Numbered from the stretch's first letter, positions 42,112-51,957 are shown. The stretch is 64,000 nucleotides of DNA from Gemmatimonadales bacterium (GCA_038321865.1 JBBQFH010000001.1:160001-224000), one strand, 5' to 3'. The notes: a model not told the origin generated them from the letters alone. Made by a program: numbers and translations.

Positions 42112-42977
42112 CAGAGGAGGCCGAAGGCCCGATACATCGCCGCGGCGAGGGGAATGACGAAGTAGAGCGAATCGAAGCGGTCCAGGATGCCGCCGTGGCC
42201 CGGAATGAGGGCGCTCGAATCCTTCACCCCGGCTTCCCGCTTCAGCAGTGACTCGGCCAGATCGCCCACCTGTCCCAGTGTGGACCAGACGATTGCCATC
42301 ACCACCAGGGCGCCGGTGGACGCGCGGATTCCGAGCCTGGGGAATACGGCGAGCCCGAAGATCAGCGCGACGATCATGCCGCCGGCCACGCCCGCTGCGC
42401 TGCCCGAGCGAGTCTTCCCCGGGCTGACCGTCGGCGCCAGCTTGGGCCCCTTCATCGCACGTCCGCCGAACATCGCGGCGGTGTCGCAAACCCAGGTCAC
42501 AACCAGCGGAAAGAACACCAGCCAGGTGCCGGGCCAGGAGCGAAGCGGGAAGCCTCCGTGGCGCAGGACGAGAAGAAACGCAGGGAGCGCGCCGGCATAG
42601 AGCGGCGCCAGCACCGTGACCGCCACGGCGCCGAGCGGACGATCGGCCGGCCCCCGCGCTGTCAGCGCCCAGGTCAGCAGCCCGATCAGCCATAGCGCTC
42701 CGGCGTACGGCCACCATGCGAGGATGAGCGCACCCGCGCGGAGATTCGTGAGCACGAGATAGGTGAACGGAGCGAATGATGCTGCCGTCAGCATGGCGAG
42801 CGGCCGGAATGCCCGCATGCCGAGGTGATTCGCGAAGTCCAGCAGCTCACCGGTCCCCAGTGCGCCGATCAGGGCTACGAGCGCTACCAGAGGCCAGCCG
42901 CCCAGCCAGACGATGCCCAATGCGACTGGGATGGCGACGGCGGCGAATCCGACGCGGCGGACCAGGTTCGAATCCAT
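42111..42977 (-). CDS. cdsA: phosphatidate cytidylyltransferase
   Basis: KLAPTVSPGKT, GDLAESLLKREAGVKDS...PGHGGILDRFDS. Confidence 0.96.
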   Translation of the reverse strand: MDSNLVRRVGFAAVAIPVALGIVWLGGWPLVALVALIGALGTGELLDFANHLGMRAFRPLAMLTAASFAPFTYLVLTNLRAGALILAWWPYAGALWLIGLLTWALTARGPADRPLGAVAVTVLAPLYAGALPAFLLVLRHGGFPLRSWPGTWLVFFPLVVTWVCDTAAMFGGRAMKGPKLAPTVSPGKTRSGSAAGVAGGMIVALIFGLAVFPRLGIRASTGALVVMAIVWSTLGQVGDLAESLLKREAGVKDSSALIPGHGGILDRFDSLYFVIPLAAAMYRAFGLL

Positions 42978-43684
42978 CAGACGGAGACCCGCCCGAACCG
43001 GCGCTCGCGCCGCTGATAGTCGAGGATTGCGTCGAAGAGATCCTGGCGGGTGAAATCGGGCCACAGTACGGGCGTCACGTACAGCTCGGCATAGGCGAGC
43101 TGCCAGAGCAGAAAATTCGAAATGCGCATCTCGCCCGAGGTCCGGATCAGCAGATCCGGGTCGGGCCACGCGGATGTGTAGAGCTGGCGCGCGATTGCAT
43201 CTTCATCGATGTCAGCCGGATCGAGACGGCCCGCCGCCACCTCCTCCGCCAGCAGGCGGGCGGCCCGCGTAATCTCAGCGCGGGAGCTGTACGAAATGCA
43301 GAGATTCAGCGCCAGCGCCGTTCCGCCGGCGGTGTGCGCCATGACCCGATCGACGGCCGAGCGCGCGCCGCCGCCCAGCCGGTCGAGGTCCCCGAGGATG
43401 CGGACGGAGACACTCTTTTCCCGGAGCTCGTCGGCTTCCTTGGCGATGTATTCCTCGAGCAGGCCCATCAGCGCCTCGATCTCCGGCGCGGGCCGCTGCC
43501 AGTTCTCCTGGCTGAAGGCGAAGAGTGTCAGGACCTCGACACCGGCTTCGAGGCAGCCGGCAACCACTTCCCGGACCGCGCGCATCCCGGCGTGATGACC
43601 CAGCGGGCGCGGGAGCCTGCGCCCCTTGGCCCACCGTCCGTTGCCGTCCATGATGATTGCGACATGTGCGGGAACGTCGCCCAT
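42977..43684 (-). CDS. uppS: undecaprenyl diphosphate synthase
   Basis: HVAIIMDGNGRWA, FSQENWQR, DLLIRTSGEMRISNFLLWQ. Confidence 0.97.
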   Translation of the reverse strand: MGDVPAHVAIIMDGNGRWAKGRRLPRPLGHHAGMRAVREVVAGCLEAGVEVLTLFAFSQENWQRPAPEIEALMGLLEEYIAKEADELREKSVSVRILGDLDRLGGGARSAVDRVMAHTAGGTALALNLCISYSSRAEITRAARLLAEEVAAGRLDPADIDEDAIARQLYTSAWPDPDLLIRTSGEMRISNFLLWQLAYAELYVTPVLWPDFTRQDLFDAILDYQRRERRFGRVSV

Positions 43685-43688
43685 GCGA

Positions 43689-44243
43689 TCAGACTTCCAT
43701 GATTTCCGCTTCCTTGGAGACGATCAGGCCGTCGATCTGCTTGATGTGCTCGTCGGTGAGCTTCTGGATGTCCTTTTCCGCGCGGGTCTTGTCGTCCTCG
43801 GAGATCTTCTCGATTTTCTTGATCTTCGACAGCGCATCGGTCCGCGCGTGCCGCACCCCGACGCGTCCCTCCTCCGCCAGCTTGTGCACCACCTTGACCA
43901 GCTCCTTGCGGCGCTCCTCCGAGAGCATCGGCAGCGGCACCCGGATGACCGCGCCCTGCGTGGCCGGATTGAGCCCCAGCCCCGAGTCGCGAATGGCCTT
44001 TTCGATGGCCTGCGTGAGGCCCTTGTCGAACGGCTGCACGGTCAGGAGCCGCGGCTCCGGCGCGGAGACCATCGCCACCTGATTCACCGGTACGTGGCTG
44101 CCATATGCCTCGACGCGCACGACATCCAGCAGCGTCGCCGACGCCTTGCCGCTTCGCAGCCCGCTCAGCTCGCGCTTGGTGCTCTCGACCGCCTTGTGCA
44201 TCGCTTCTTTGGCGTGCTTGGCCGCCTCGGGAATCGTGCTCAT
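43689..44243 (-). CDS. frr: ribosome recycling factor
   Basis: [29 protein letters not shown]. Confidence 0.97.
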   Translation of the reverse strand: MSTIPEAAKHAKEAMHKAVESTKRELSGLRSGKASATLLDVVRVEAYGSHVPVNQVAMVSAPEPRLLTVQPFDKGLTQAIEKAIRDSGLGLNPATQGAVIRVPLPMLSEERRKELVKVVHKLAEEGRVGVRHARTDALSKIKKIEKISEDDKTRAEKDIQKLTDEHIKQIDGLIVSKEAEIMEV

Positions 44244-44950
44244 CGGACGATGGTCCCCACCCGTTCGCCTTGGAGGACGCGCGCGATGGCGCCGGGTTCA
44301 TTGATGTTGAAGACGACGATCGGAAGCTGGTTGGCCTTGCAGAGCCCGAAGGCATTCGCATCCATCACGGCATAGTTCTTCACGATCGCCTCCTGGAAGG
44401 AAAGCTCGGGAATGAACGTCGCCGTCGGGTCCTTCCGGGGGTCGCTGGTGTAGATCCCGTCCACATTGGTGGCCTTGAGGATCACATCGGCCTCGACCTC
44501 GAGCGCGCGCAGTACACCCGCGGTATCGGTCGAGAAGAACGGGTTCCCGGTGCCGCCGGCGAAGATGATGAGCCTGCCCTTCTCGAGATGGCGAATCGCC
44601 CGGCGGCGGATATAGGGCTCCGCCAGCGATTCCATGCGGATCGCGGTCATGACCCGGGTGTTGACGCCGATCTTCTCCAGCACGTCCTGCAGCGCCAGCG
44701 CGTTGATGACGGTGGCGAGCATGCCCATGTAATCGGCCGAGACGCGATCAAGGCCTTCGCGGCTGGCGGTGGCCCCGCGAATGATGTTGCCACCCCCGAC
44801 GACGAGGCAGAGCTGCACACCGAGCGCGTGCACCTCCTTGATCTCGTCCGCGAGCGTCTCGACCACCTGGTAGTCGAGGCCCGATCCCTTGTCGCCCGCC
44901 AGCGCCTCGCCGGAAACCTTCAGCAGGGCGCGGGAGTAGGCGAGCGCCAT
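44240..44950 (-). CDS. pyrH: UMP kinase
   Basis: [34 protein letters not shown]. Confidence 0.98.
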   Translation of the reverse strand: MALAYSRALLKVSGEALAGDKGSGLDYQVVETLADEIKEVHALGVQLCLVVGGGNIIRGATASREGLDRVSADYMGMLATVINALALQDVLEKIGVNTRVMTAIRMESLAEPYIRRRAIRHLEKGRLIIFAGGTGNPFFSTDTAGVLRALEVEADVILKATNVDGIYTSDPRKDPTATFIPELSFQEAIVKNYAVMDANAFGLCKANQLPIVVFNINEPGAIARVLQGERVGTIVR

Positions 44951-45555
44951 CAGGCGGCTCCGACCTGGAACCGGGCGAACCGACGAACGGTGATCACTTC
45001 GCCCATCTTGGCCGAGGCTTCCTTCACCAGCTGTCCGACGGTCTGCTTGTCGTCGCGCACGAAGGGCTGCTCGAGCAGCGTCCGCTCTGCCACGAACTTC
45101 CTCAACTTGCCGTCGACGATCTTGGCCCTGATGTTTTCCGGCTTGCCTTCCTTCGCCACCTGCTCCTCGGCGATGCGCCGCTCGCGGTCAAGCAGGTCGG
45201 CCGGCACGTCCTCCACATTCACCCCGATCGGATCGGCCGAGGCGACGTGCAGGGCGATGTCGCGGGCCAGCTGGCCAAAGGCCTCGTTTCGCGCCACGAA
45301 GTCGGTCTCGCAATTGAGCTCCACCATGGCGCCGACCTGGCCGTTGTGGTGGATATAGCTGACCACCAGGCCCTGTGAGGCGGTGCGGCCCGCGCGCTTC
45401 TCGGCCTTGGCGATACCCTTGGCGCGGAGAATCTCGCCGGCCTTGTTCATGTCGCCGCCGGCCTCCTCGAGCGCCTTCTTGCAGTCCATCATGCCGGCGC
45501 TGGTGCGCGCGCGCAGCTCGGCCACATCCTTCGGGGAAATCATCGTGCTCGCCAT
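44950..45555 (-). CDS. tsf: elongation factor Ts (short form, about 201 aa)
   Basis: [19 protein letters not shown]; start 45555 or 45543. Confidence 0.97.
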   Translation of the reverse strand: MASTMISPKDVAELRARTSAGMMDCKKALEEAGGDMNKAGEILRAKGIAKAEKRAGRTASQGLVVSYIHHNGQVGAMVELNCETDFVARNEAFGQLARDIALHVASADPIGVNVEDVPADLLDRERRIAEEQVAKEGKPENIRAKIVDGKLRKFVAERTLLEQPFVRDDKQTVGQLVKEASAKMGEVITVRRFARFQVGAA

Positions 45556-45594
45556 TTTCTCAACCCACATTCGGTTCGGGGGTGAATACCAGAA

Positions 45595-45630
45595 CCGCCG
45601 CTCAGGGCCCGCGTAGGCCAAGAGCGGCGG
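45595..45630 (-). promoter_or_regulatory. rpsB-tsf intercistronic hairpin
   Basis: ccgccgctc / gagcggcgg stem. Confidence 0.45.
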
Positions 45631-45656
45631 CAGTTCAGCGTGACTGGCCGCCGCGA

Positions 45657-46544
45657 CTAGGCGTCGGCGCCACTGGCTGCGCCGGCCTCGGGCGCGCCCT
45701 CGCCGTCGGTCTTCAGACGGGCGGCGATCGCCTCGGGCTTCGGACGCCGCTTGCGCCGGCCCGGGCGCCGCTTGCGCCGCTCAGCTTCGTCGCCCGACTC
45801 GGGAGCGCCGTCGCTGCTGTAGGTCTCGCCATCCATGTCCTCGGCCGCCTCCCTGAGCGGGACCTGGGCACGGGCTTCCTTGATGATGTCGCAGAGCGCC
45901 GTCGTAATCAGCGAGACCGAGCGGATCGCGTCGTCGTTGCCCGGAATCGGCACGGTAATCACGTCCGGGTCGGCGTTCGTGTCCACGATCGCGACGACCG
46001 GGATGCCCAGCTTGTTGGCCTCGGCGACGGCGATCTTTTCCTTCTTGGCGTCCACGACGAAGAGCGCGCCGGGGAGCCGGGTCATCATCTTCACGCCCTC
46101 GAGGTTGCGGCTCAGCTTCTCACGCTCGCGCTCGAACATCAGGCGCTCCTTCTTCGTGTAGTTGCCGAAATCGCCCTCGGTGGACCCCTGCTCGAGATCG
46201 CGCAGCCGCTTGATCTGCTTCTTGACCGTCTGGAAGTTCGTGAGCATCCCGCCCAGCCAGCGCTCGGTGACGTAGAACGCGCCCGACCCGGCGGCCTCGG
46301 TCTGCACGATGGCCTTGAGCTGCTTCTTGGTGCAGACGAAGAGCACACCCTCGCCCTTCGAGACGACCCCACGCAGCAGATCCTGGGCCTTCTGGATCTG
46401 TCGCAGCGTCTTCTGCAGGTCGATGATGTAGATGCCCGACCGCTCGGCGAAGATGAAACGGCGCATCTTCGGGTTCCAGCGACGGGTCTGAGGTCCGAAG
46501 TGGACACCGGCTTCGAGGAGGTCCTGAATCTGGGGCTGTGCCAT
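45657..46544 (-). CDS. rpsB: 30S ribosomal protein S2
   Basis: LLEAGVHFG..TRRWNPKM, RWLGGMLTN, DTNADP, PGNDDAIRS. Confidence 0.98.
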   Translation of the reverse strand: MAQPQIQDLLEAGVHFGPQTRRWNPKMRRFIFAERSGIYIIDLQKTLRQIQKAQDLLRGVVSKGEGVLFVCTKKQLKAIVQTEAAGSGAFYVTERWLGGMLTNFQTVKKQIKRLRDLEQGSTEGDFGNYTKKERLMFEREREKLSRNLEGVKMMTRLPGALFVVDAKKEKIAVAEANKLGIPVVAIVDTNADPDVITVPIPGNDDAIRSVSLITTALCDIIKEARAQVPLREAAEDMDGETYSSDGAPESGDEAERRKRRPGRRKRRPKPEAIAARLKTDGEGAPEAGAASGADA

Positions 46545-46569
46545 GCGGGTACTGGTATCCTGTCGATTT

Positions 46570-46665
46570 GAGGGTTGCGCGTCCATCGCCTTCGTCTCCC
46601 GTCCCGATCCGCCGCCGCCGATCAGCGGCGCGGACACCCAGGACGAAATCCGGCGATGTGCGAGA
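46570..46665 (-). ncRNA. putative rpsB (S2) leader cis-regulatory RNA
   Basis: CAUCGCC/GGCGAUG outer stem, nested stems, unpaired GGGUG, 3' AACCC; same architecture as the E. coli rpsB leader as I recall it. Confidence 0.65.
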
Positions 46666-46675
46666 TGTGGTGCGA

Positions 46676-47077
46676 CTACCGCTTCGAGAACTGGAACCGC
46701 TTGCGGGCGCCCGGCTGGCCCGGCTTCTTGCGCTCGACCGCGCGCGGATCGCGCGTCAGCAGGCCGGCGGCGCGCAGCTTCGCGCGGTGCTGCCCATCGG
46801 CTTCCACCAGCGCCCGGGCAATACCCAGCCGAAGCGCGCCGGCCTGACCCGTCTGGCCGCCGCCGTCCACGTGCGCCATGACATCGAAGGCGCCGAGCGT
46901 GTCGGTGGCGGTGAAGGACTGCTGGATGTGCTGCACCAGCGATGGCCGGGGGAAGTAATCGCCGAGCGTGCGCCCGTTAATGATCCACTTGCCGCTGCCC
47001 GGCGTCAGGTACACCCGGGCCACACTGGTCTTCCGTCGGCCCGTCGCCTGCCAGCGGAACTCGGGAACGCCGCTCAT
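46676..47077 (-). CDS. rpsI: 30S ribosomal protein S9
   Basis: TGRRKTSVARV, GGGQTGQA, ERKKPG...QFSKR. Confidence 0.98.
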   Translation of the reverse strand: MSGVPEFRWQATGRRKTSVARVYLTPGSGKWIINGRTLGDYFPRPSLVQHIQQSFTATDTLGAFDVMAHVDGGGQTGQAGALRLGIARALVEADGQHRAKLRAAGLLTRDPRAVERKKPGQPGARKRFQFSKR

Positions 47078-47526
47078 GCTTTCACCTTCTCGAATTTGAC
47101 GGAAAATGGCTTCGGCTGCTGCGCGGCGTGCGGATGGTCCGCCGTGGCGTAGACCTTCAACTTGCCCCGCAGGTGCTGCTTGGTCAGCGACGTCTTGGGC
47201 AGCATGCCGAAAACCGCCTTCTCGATCACCCGGTCCGGATGCTTGGCGAGCAGGTCGCGCGCCGGGACGTGGCTCTCATGGCCCATGTAGCCGGTGTGCT
47301 TGAAGTAGGTCTTCTGGTCGATCTTTCGTCCGGTCAGCTTGACCTGCGACGCATTGATCACCACCACGAAGTCACCGCCGTCCATGTGCGGCGTGTAGGT
47401 CGGCTTGTGCTTGCCCCGGATCAGCTGCGCCACCGTACTGGCGAGACGGCCGAGGGGAACGCCGGCGGCGTCCACGACGTGCCAGTCGTGGGTAATGTCG
47501 TCAGGCGTTGCGGAAAACGTTTTCAT
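47074..47526 (-). CDS. rplM: 50S ribosomal protein L13
   Basis: WHVVDA, LGRLAS, GKHKPTYTPHMDGGD, GMLPK, HAAQQP. Confidence 0.98.
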   Translation of the reverse strand: MKTFSATPDDITHDWHVVDAAGVPLGRLASTVAQLIRGKHKPTYTPHMDGGDFVVVINASQVKLTGRKIDQKTYFKHTGYMGHESHVPARDLLAKHPDRVIEKAVFGMLPKTSLTKQHLRGKLKVYATADHPHAAQQPKPFSVKFEKVKA

Positions 47527-47579
47527 CGGATCAGGCTGCCTTGCGCTCTGGACTATGGGGCAAATCGAGACAGACTCAC

Positions 47580-47609
47580 AAGATACAGGACTGCCCCACA
47601 GCGGGTCAA
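47580..47609 (-). promoter_or_regulatory. promoter of rplM-rpsI
   Basis: TTGACC-18-TATCTT. Confidence 0.65.
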
Positions 47610-48139
47610 GGGGCCGAAGCAGCCGGAACCGACTGAGCGGACACGGCGAATTCGACCAGGATCTGACCCTTGTCCACCGCCTGCCCGACCTCGACCCGGA
47701 TCGCGGCGACCGTGGCGGCGGCAACAGCCTTCAGCTGGTTCTCCATCTTCATGGCTTCGAGGACGATGAGCGGTGTTCCGGCCGACACCGCCTGGCCCGC
47801 TTCCACCTGAAGCCGCACCACCAGGCCGGGCATCGGTGCCCTGAGGACGCCGGGTCCGGCCGGCCGGTCGGCGGCGCCGGTAAGGGATCGCACGTGGCGA
47901 GTGCGCTCGTCGATGACCTCGATCTCGCGTCGCTCGCCGTCGGTGGTGACCGCCCACCGGCCGGGTACGATCGGCTCCAGCGGCAAGGCGAACGAACGCC
48001 CGTCGAGCAGCAGTTGCCGTACCGGCGAGCCTGGTATGGACGTGAGGACAGCCAGCATCCGCTGGCCGTCCACGACGACGTGGTCGCCGTCGACCTCGAT
48101 TTCGTGCTGCCGGCCGTCCAGGCTCACGACGTATTTCAC
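47606..48139 (-). CDS. biotin carboxyl carrier protein with N-terminal linker domain
   Basis: APMPGLVV...LEAMKMENQL biotinylation motif. Confidence 0.93.
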   Translation of the reverse strand: MKYVVSLDGRQHEIEVDGDHVVVDGQRMLAVLTSIPGSPVRQLLLDGRSFALPLEPIVPGRWAVTTDGERREIEVIDERTRHVRSLTGAADRPAGPGVLRAPMPGLVVRLQVEAGQAVSAGTPLIVLEAMKMENQLKAVAAATVAAIRVEVGQAVDKGQILVEFAVSAQSVPAASAP

Positions 48140-49371
48140 GCGGCCTCGAGCACGGTGACGGATTCGACGTGCGCCGTCTGGGGAAAGAGGTCGAACGCCA
48201 CCGTGGACGCCACCCGATAGCCGCTCGCGAGCCGCACGATGTCGCGCGCCAGCGTCGCGGGGTCGCAGGAGAGGTACACGATCCGCGCCGGCCGTCGGGC
48301 GGTGAGCGCATCGGTGACTCGCTCGTCCATGCCGACCCGGGGTGGATTGGTGATCACGAGCGCCGGCGCGCGGAGCGCCGCCAGCACATCCTCGACGCGG
48401 GCCGCGTGCCGCGTCACGCGCGTTCGATCACCCGGGTATCGCTGCTCCGCGTAGGCCACCGCGCGCGCATCCGACTCAACGCTGTCGACGGTCGCGCCCG
48501 CCGCGAGCAGGTGCGACGTCGTTTCGCCGATGCCCGCATACAGATCCCACACGTGTCGCCCCCGGACCTCGCCCAGCGCTTCCAGCGCCGCCGCGCGCGC
48601 CCGGTCGCCCATGACGGGGTGGACCTGCTCGAAGACGGTGGCCGGAAACGCCTCGCTGCTCCCGGCGACGGCGCGCGCGGCGCCGCCCGCCGGATGCCAC
48701 CACAGCGTGACGCTCAGGCCGGCCGCATCCAGTGCGCGCGTGAGCGCCGCGGCGTCGCGCCACTGCTCGGTCCCCGACATGCGGGCGATGAGATGGCGAC
48801 CGCCGGACCGGTCGAGCCGGAGCACCAGCCGGTCGAGCCCCGCCGGCAACAGCTGGCGGTGGCGGCGCACGACGGTCCACACCTCCATCAACTCGTCCGC
48901 CGTGATGTGGCACCATTCGAGGTCGAAGACGTACTCGGGCCGGTCGAGCGGATGCAAGCCGATGCGGCGGCGATCGGACGACGCCTGCAGCGTGAGCTTG
49001 GTCCGATATTTCCAGTCGGATTCCGCGGCGACGAGCGGTGGATCGGTCACCTCGACGTGACCGAGCCGCCGGAGCGCGTCGCCGACGAAGCCTCGGCGCG
49101 CTGCACGCTGCGCCGGTCCCGCCAGATGCTGCAGCTGGCATCCGCCACATTCGTCCTTCAGGTAGTGCGGACAGGGCGGCTCGACCCGCTCGGCCGCCGG
49201 CTCGACGATGCGCTCCAGCCGGGCACGGGCAAACCGCGCATGGAGCCGCACGCGCGAAAGCGTCACCAGGTCACCCGGCGCCGTCCTCGGAACGAATACC
49301 GTCCGGCCGTCCTCGAGCTTGCCCACGCCGTCGCCGCCCGAGGCGAGCCGGAGGATGCGGACGTCGCTCAC
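48136..49371 (-). CDS. TRAM-domain RNA m5U methyltransferase (RlmD/TrmA family)
   Basis: CPHY...CGGCQLQH, DLYAGIG, NPPRVG, YLSCDPATLARD, FDLFPQTAHVE. Confidence 0.9.
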   Translation of the reverse strand: MSDVRILRLASGGDGVGKLEDGRTVFVPRTAPGDLVTLSRVRLHARFARARLERIVEPAAERVEPPCPHYLKDECGGCQLQHLAGPAQRAARRGFVGDALRRLGHVEVTDPPLVAAESDWKYRTKLTLQASSDRRRIGLHPLDRPEYVFDLEWCHITADELMEVWTVVRRHRQLLPAGLDRLVLRLDRSGGRHLIARMSGTEQWRDAAALTRALDAAGLSVTLWWHPAGGAARAVAGSSEAFPATVFEQVHPVMGDRARAAALEALGEVRGRHVWDLYAGIGETTSHLLAAGATVDSVESDARAVAYAEQRYPGDRTRVTRHAARVEDVLAALRAPALVITNPPRVGMDERVTDALTARRPARIVYLSCDPATLARDIVRLASGYRVASTVAFDLFPQTAHVESVTVLEAA

Positions 49372-50861
49372 CGGAGCGCGTCGGCCCGGCCGGCGCGGGC
49401 CCAGGCGCTCGACCCGACCGACTCGGCAGCTACCGCGGGGCGCCGAAGTCGGCGCGCCTCGTCTTCCGCCATCGCGACGGCGACGGCCACGTGGAGGGGA
49501 AGGCCCTGATCAGCGGTCGGCGTGAGCAGATCGGTGCGGCGATCGAGAAACTGGATGTCGACTTCGCCCCGGCGATACGCTTCATCGGCCATCAGCCGCG
49601 CGTGAAAACCCTGGTTGGTGGGCACGCCGACGAGAATCAGCTCCTCCAGCGCGCGCTGCATCCGGCAGATCGCATGCCGCCGGTCGGAACCCCATACGAT
49701 GAGCTTGGCGAGCATCGAATCGTAGAACAGCGTGACCTCGTTCCCGACCTCGACCCCGCTGTCCCACCGCACGCCGGGGCCGGCGGGGGGGCGCAGGTAC
49801 TCGACCCGGCCGGTGGTCGGGAGGAAGCCGTTGGCCGGATCCTCGCTGGTGAGACGACACTCGATCGCCCAGCCGCGCGGACGGAGCGGATGCGACGGCA
49901 GTGACATTGGCATGCCCCGCGCGATACGCAGCTGTTCCCGCACCAGGTCCACGCCATAGACCAGCTCGGTCACCGGATGCTCGACCTGAATCCGGGTGTT
50001 CATCTCGAGGAAATAGAACGCGCCGTCGGCCGCGAGGAGGAATTCGCAGGTCCCCGCCCCGCGATATCCGACGGCGGCGGCGGCGGCCACCGCCGCCCCT
50101 CCCATCCGGTCCCGCAGCGTCTCCGAGACGGCAACCGACGGCGCTTCCTCGACCAGCTTCTGGTGACGGCGCTGAACGGAGCACTCACGCTCGCCGACAT
50201 GCACCGTGCGCGTGTGATCCGCGAGTACCTGGATCTCCACATGTCGCGGCCGCTCGATGAACTTCTCGAGGTAGACGGACGCGTCGCCGAATGCCTTGAG
50301 TGCCTCCGAAGCCGCGGCCGTCAGTGCATCCGGCAGCTCCCCCGGGTCCGGCACGACTCGCATCCCCTTGCCGCCGCCGCCCGCCGCCGCCTTCACCATG
50401 ACCGGATACCCGATCGACGCCGCGAGCGCGATCGCCGCCGAGGGCTCCGTGAGCGGCGCGATCGCACCCGGTACGATCGGCACCCCGGCCGCTTCCATCC
50501 GTCGGCGGGCCTCGGTCTTGTCCCCCATCGCGCGGATGGCGGTGGGCGGCGGTCCGATCCAGATCAGCCCGGCCGCCTCGACCGCCTCGGCGAACGCGGC
50601 CCGTTCGGCGAGAAAGCCGTATCCGGGGTGCACCGCATCCGCGCCGCTTGCTGCCGCCGCGGCGAGCAGTCGATCGAACGCGAGATAGCTCTCGGAAGGA
50701 GGCGGGGGGCCAATGCAGACGGCGAAGTCGGCGGCGCGGACGTGCGGGCTGGTGCGATCCGCGGCGGAATACACCGCGACCGCCTCGAGTCCCTCTTCAT
50801 GGCACGCGCGAATGACCCGGAGAGCGATTTCGCCCCGGTTGGCGATGAGGACGCGCTTCAC
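49368..50861 (-). CDS. biotin carboxylase subunit of an acyl-CoA carboxylase
   Basis: VLIANRGEIA, HPGYGFLAE, GGGGKGMR, ECSVQRRHQK, EMNTRIQVEH; GTG start. Confidence 0.95.
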   Translation of the reverse strand: MKRVLIANRGEIALRVIRACHEEGLEAVAVYSAADRTSPHVRAADFAVCIGPPPPSESYLAFDRLLAAAAASGADAVHPGYGFLAERAAFAEAVEAAGLIWIGPPPTAIRAMGDKTEARRRMEAAGVPIVPGAIAPLTEPSAAIALAASIGYPVMVKAAAGGGGKGMRVVPDPGELPDALTAAASEALKAFGDASVYLEKFIERPRHVEIQVLADHTRTVHVGERECSVQRRHQKLVEEAPSVAVSETLRDRMGGAAVAAAAAVGYRGAGTCEFLLAADGAFYFLEMNTRIQVEHPVTELVYGVDLVREQLRIARGMPMSLPSHPLRPRGWAIECRLTSEDPANGFLPTTGRVEYLRPPAGPGVRWDSGVEVGNEVTLFYDSMLAKLIVWGSDRRHAICRMQRALEELILVGVPTNQGFHARLMADEAYRRGEVDIQFLDRRTDLLTPTADQGLPLHVAVAVAMAEDEARRLRRPAVAAESVGSSAWARAGRADALR

Positions 50862-50883
50862 GAACGGAGAGGAGCGGAGAGGC

Positions 50884-51903
50884 CTACGTGCCGCATGCCC
50901 GCGGGGGCAGGTCACCCAGCGGCAGCAACAGGCCGCCACACAGGATGGGGTTGGCGCGTGCGGCCGCCGAATACACCGCCATGACGTCCCGCGTCCAGAC
51001 CGAGCCGCCGAGCCGGCTGGCCTTGAGCAGTTCACCGATCGAGGGGGATTCAGCCGGGGCCGTGCCGGGCCCGATCACGCGCACGAGGCGCATGGGCCTG
51101 GACGGGGCGATCGGAGCCGCGGCGGAATCCGCCGTGGGTCCGATGCAGAGCGGCCGCCGCGACGACGCCGCCGTCAGCGCCGGCCGTACCGCGAGCGAAG
51201 GCTCAACGCCCATTTCCGCGGCCATGCGGCGCCGGTAGATCGAATCCGTCGAATACAGATCGGCCTGGACGAGCAGGATGTCGGCGCGGTAACCGGCCTC
51301 GACCGACGCGTACCAGACTGCCACTGATTCCAGTTCGCGGCCGGTCAGCAGCACGCCGGATGCGGGACAGGAATTGAGGATGTTGATGCCAAGCTCGACG
51401 ACGTAATCCGGAAGCGGTGCGGATGCCGCATGGGCCGGCCGCGCATGCGCGGCGGTCCATCCGGAGTCCTCGACCAGCAGCAGCGCCCGGTCCATTTCGG
51501 CCATGCCCCGGTAGACCTGGGCCGAATCGACGAGCAGCTTGGCCGCCTGGTCGAAGGCGACCACGGCGAGGTCGAGATACAACTGTCCGTCCGGATCGCC
51601 GATATGCTCGCGGGCGTGCCAGTCGCGCGCGTCGAGAATGTAGAATCGCCCGAGCTGGAACCACGCCTTGCCGTCGTCCTGGGCGGTGGCCAGGTAGCGA
51701 CCCAGCAGGTCGGTCGCGACCTGGCGCTCGCCCGCGCGCTCGAGCGCCGCGGCGTGCGGGGCCATGTTGGGATCGATCGCAGCCTGGGCCTGAAGCGACA
51801 GCGAGGCGGCGACCGTGGCCATGGCGGCCGCGGACATCGCGCGGCGCAGGGCCGGGATCACCCGCGGCACGGCAGGAAACATCGAGGCAGGCTGAGCTGG
51901 CAT
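50884..51903 (-). CDS. exported hypothetical protein: helical/TPR-like N-terminus plus DUF2723-like C-terminal segment
   Basis: Fills the gap between the carboxylase genes; signal-like segment ending SLQAQA; NILNSCP...VLLT...VWY...GYRADILLV. Start uncertain (about 51820-51921). Confidence 0.7.
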   Translation of the reverse strand: MPAQPASMFPAVPRVIPALRRAMSAAAMATVAASLSLQAQAAIDPNMAPHAAALERAGERQVATDLLGRYLATAQDDGKAWFQLGRFYILDARDWHAREHIGDPDGQLYLDLAVVAFDQAAKLLVDSAQVYRGMAEMDRALLLVEDSGWTAAHARPAHAASAPLPDYVVELGINILNSCPASGVLLTGRELESVAVWYASVEAGYRADILLVQADLYSTDSIYRRRMAAEMGVEPSLAVRPALTAASSRRPLCIGPTADSAAAPIAPSRPMRLVRVIGPGTAPAESPSIGELLKASRLGGSVWTRDVMAVYSAAARANPILCGGLLLPLGDLPPRACGT

Positions 51904-51957
51904 GAGCCCATAAGATGCCAATCTTGCTCGGGATACGCCAGTGGGACGGGCCCCCGG

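Noticed and set aside
40990..43169. Possible cdsA-dxr fusion or frameshift
   Set aside because: Ordinary TGATG stop/start overlap; both proteins are complete
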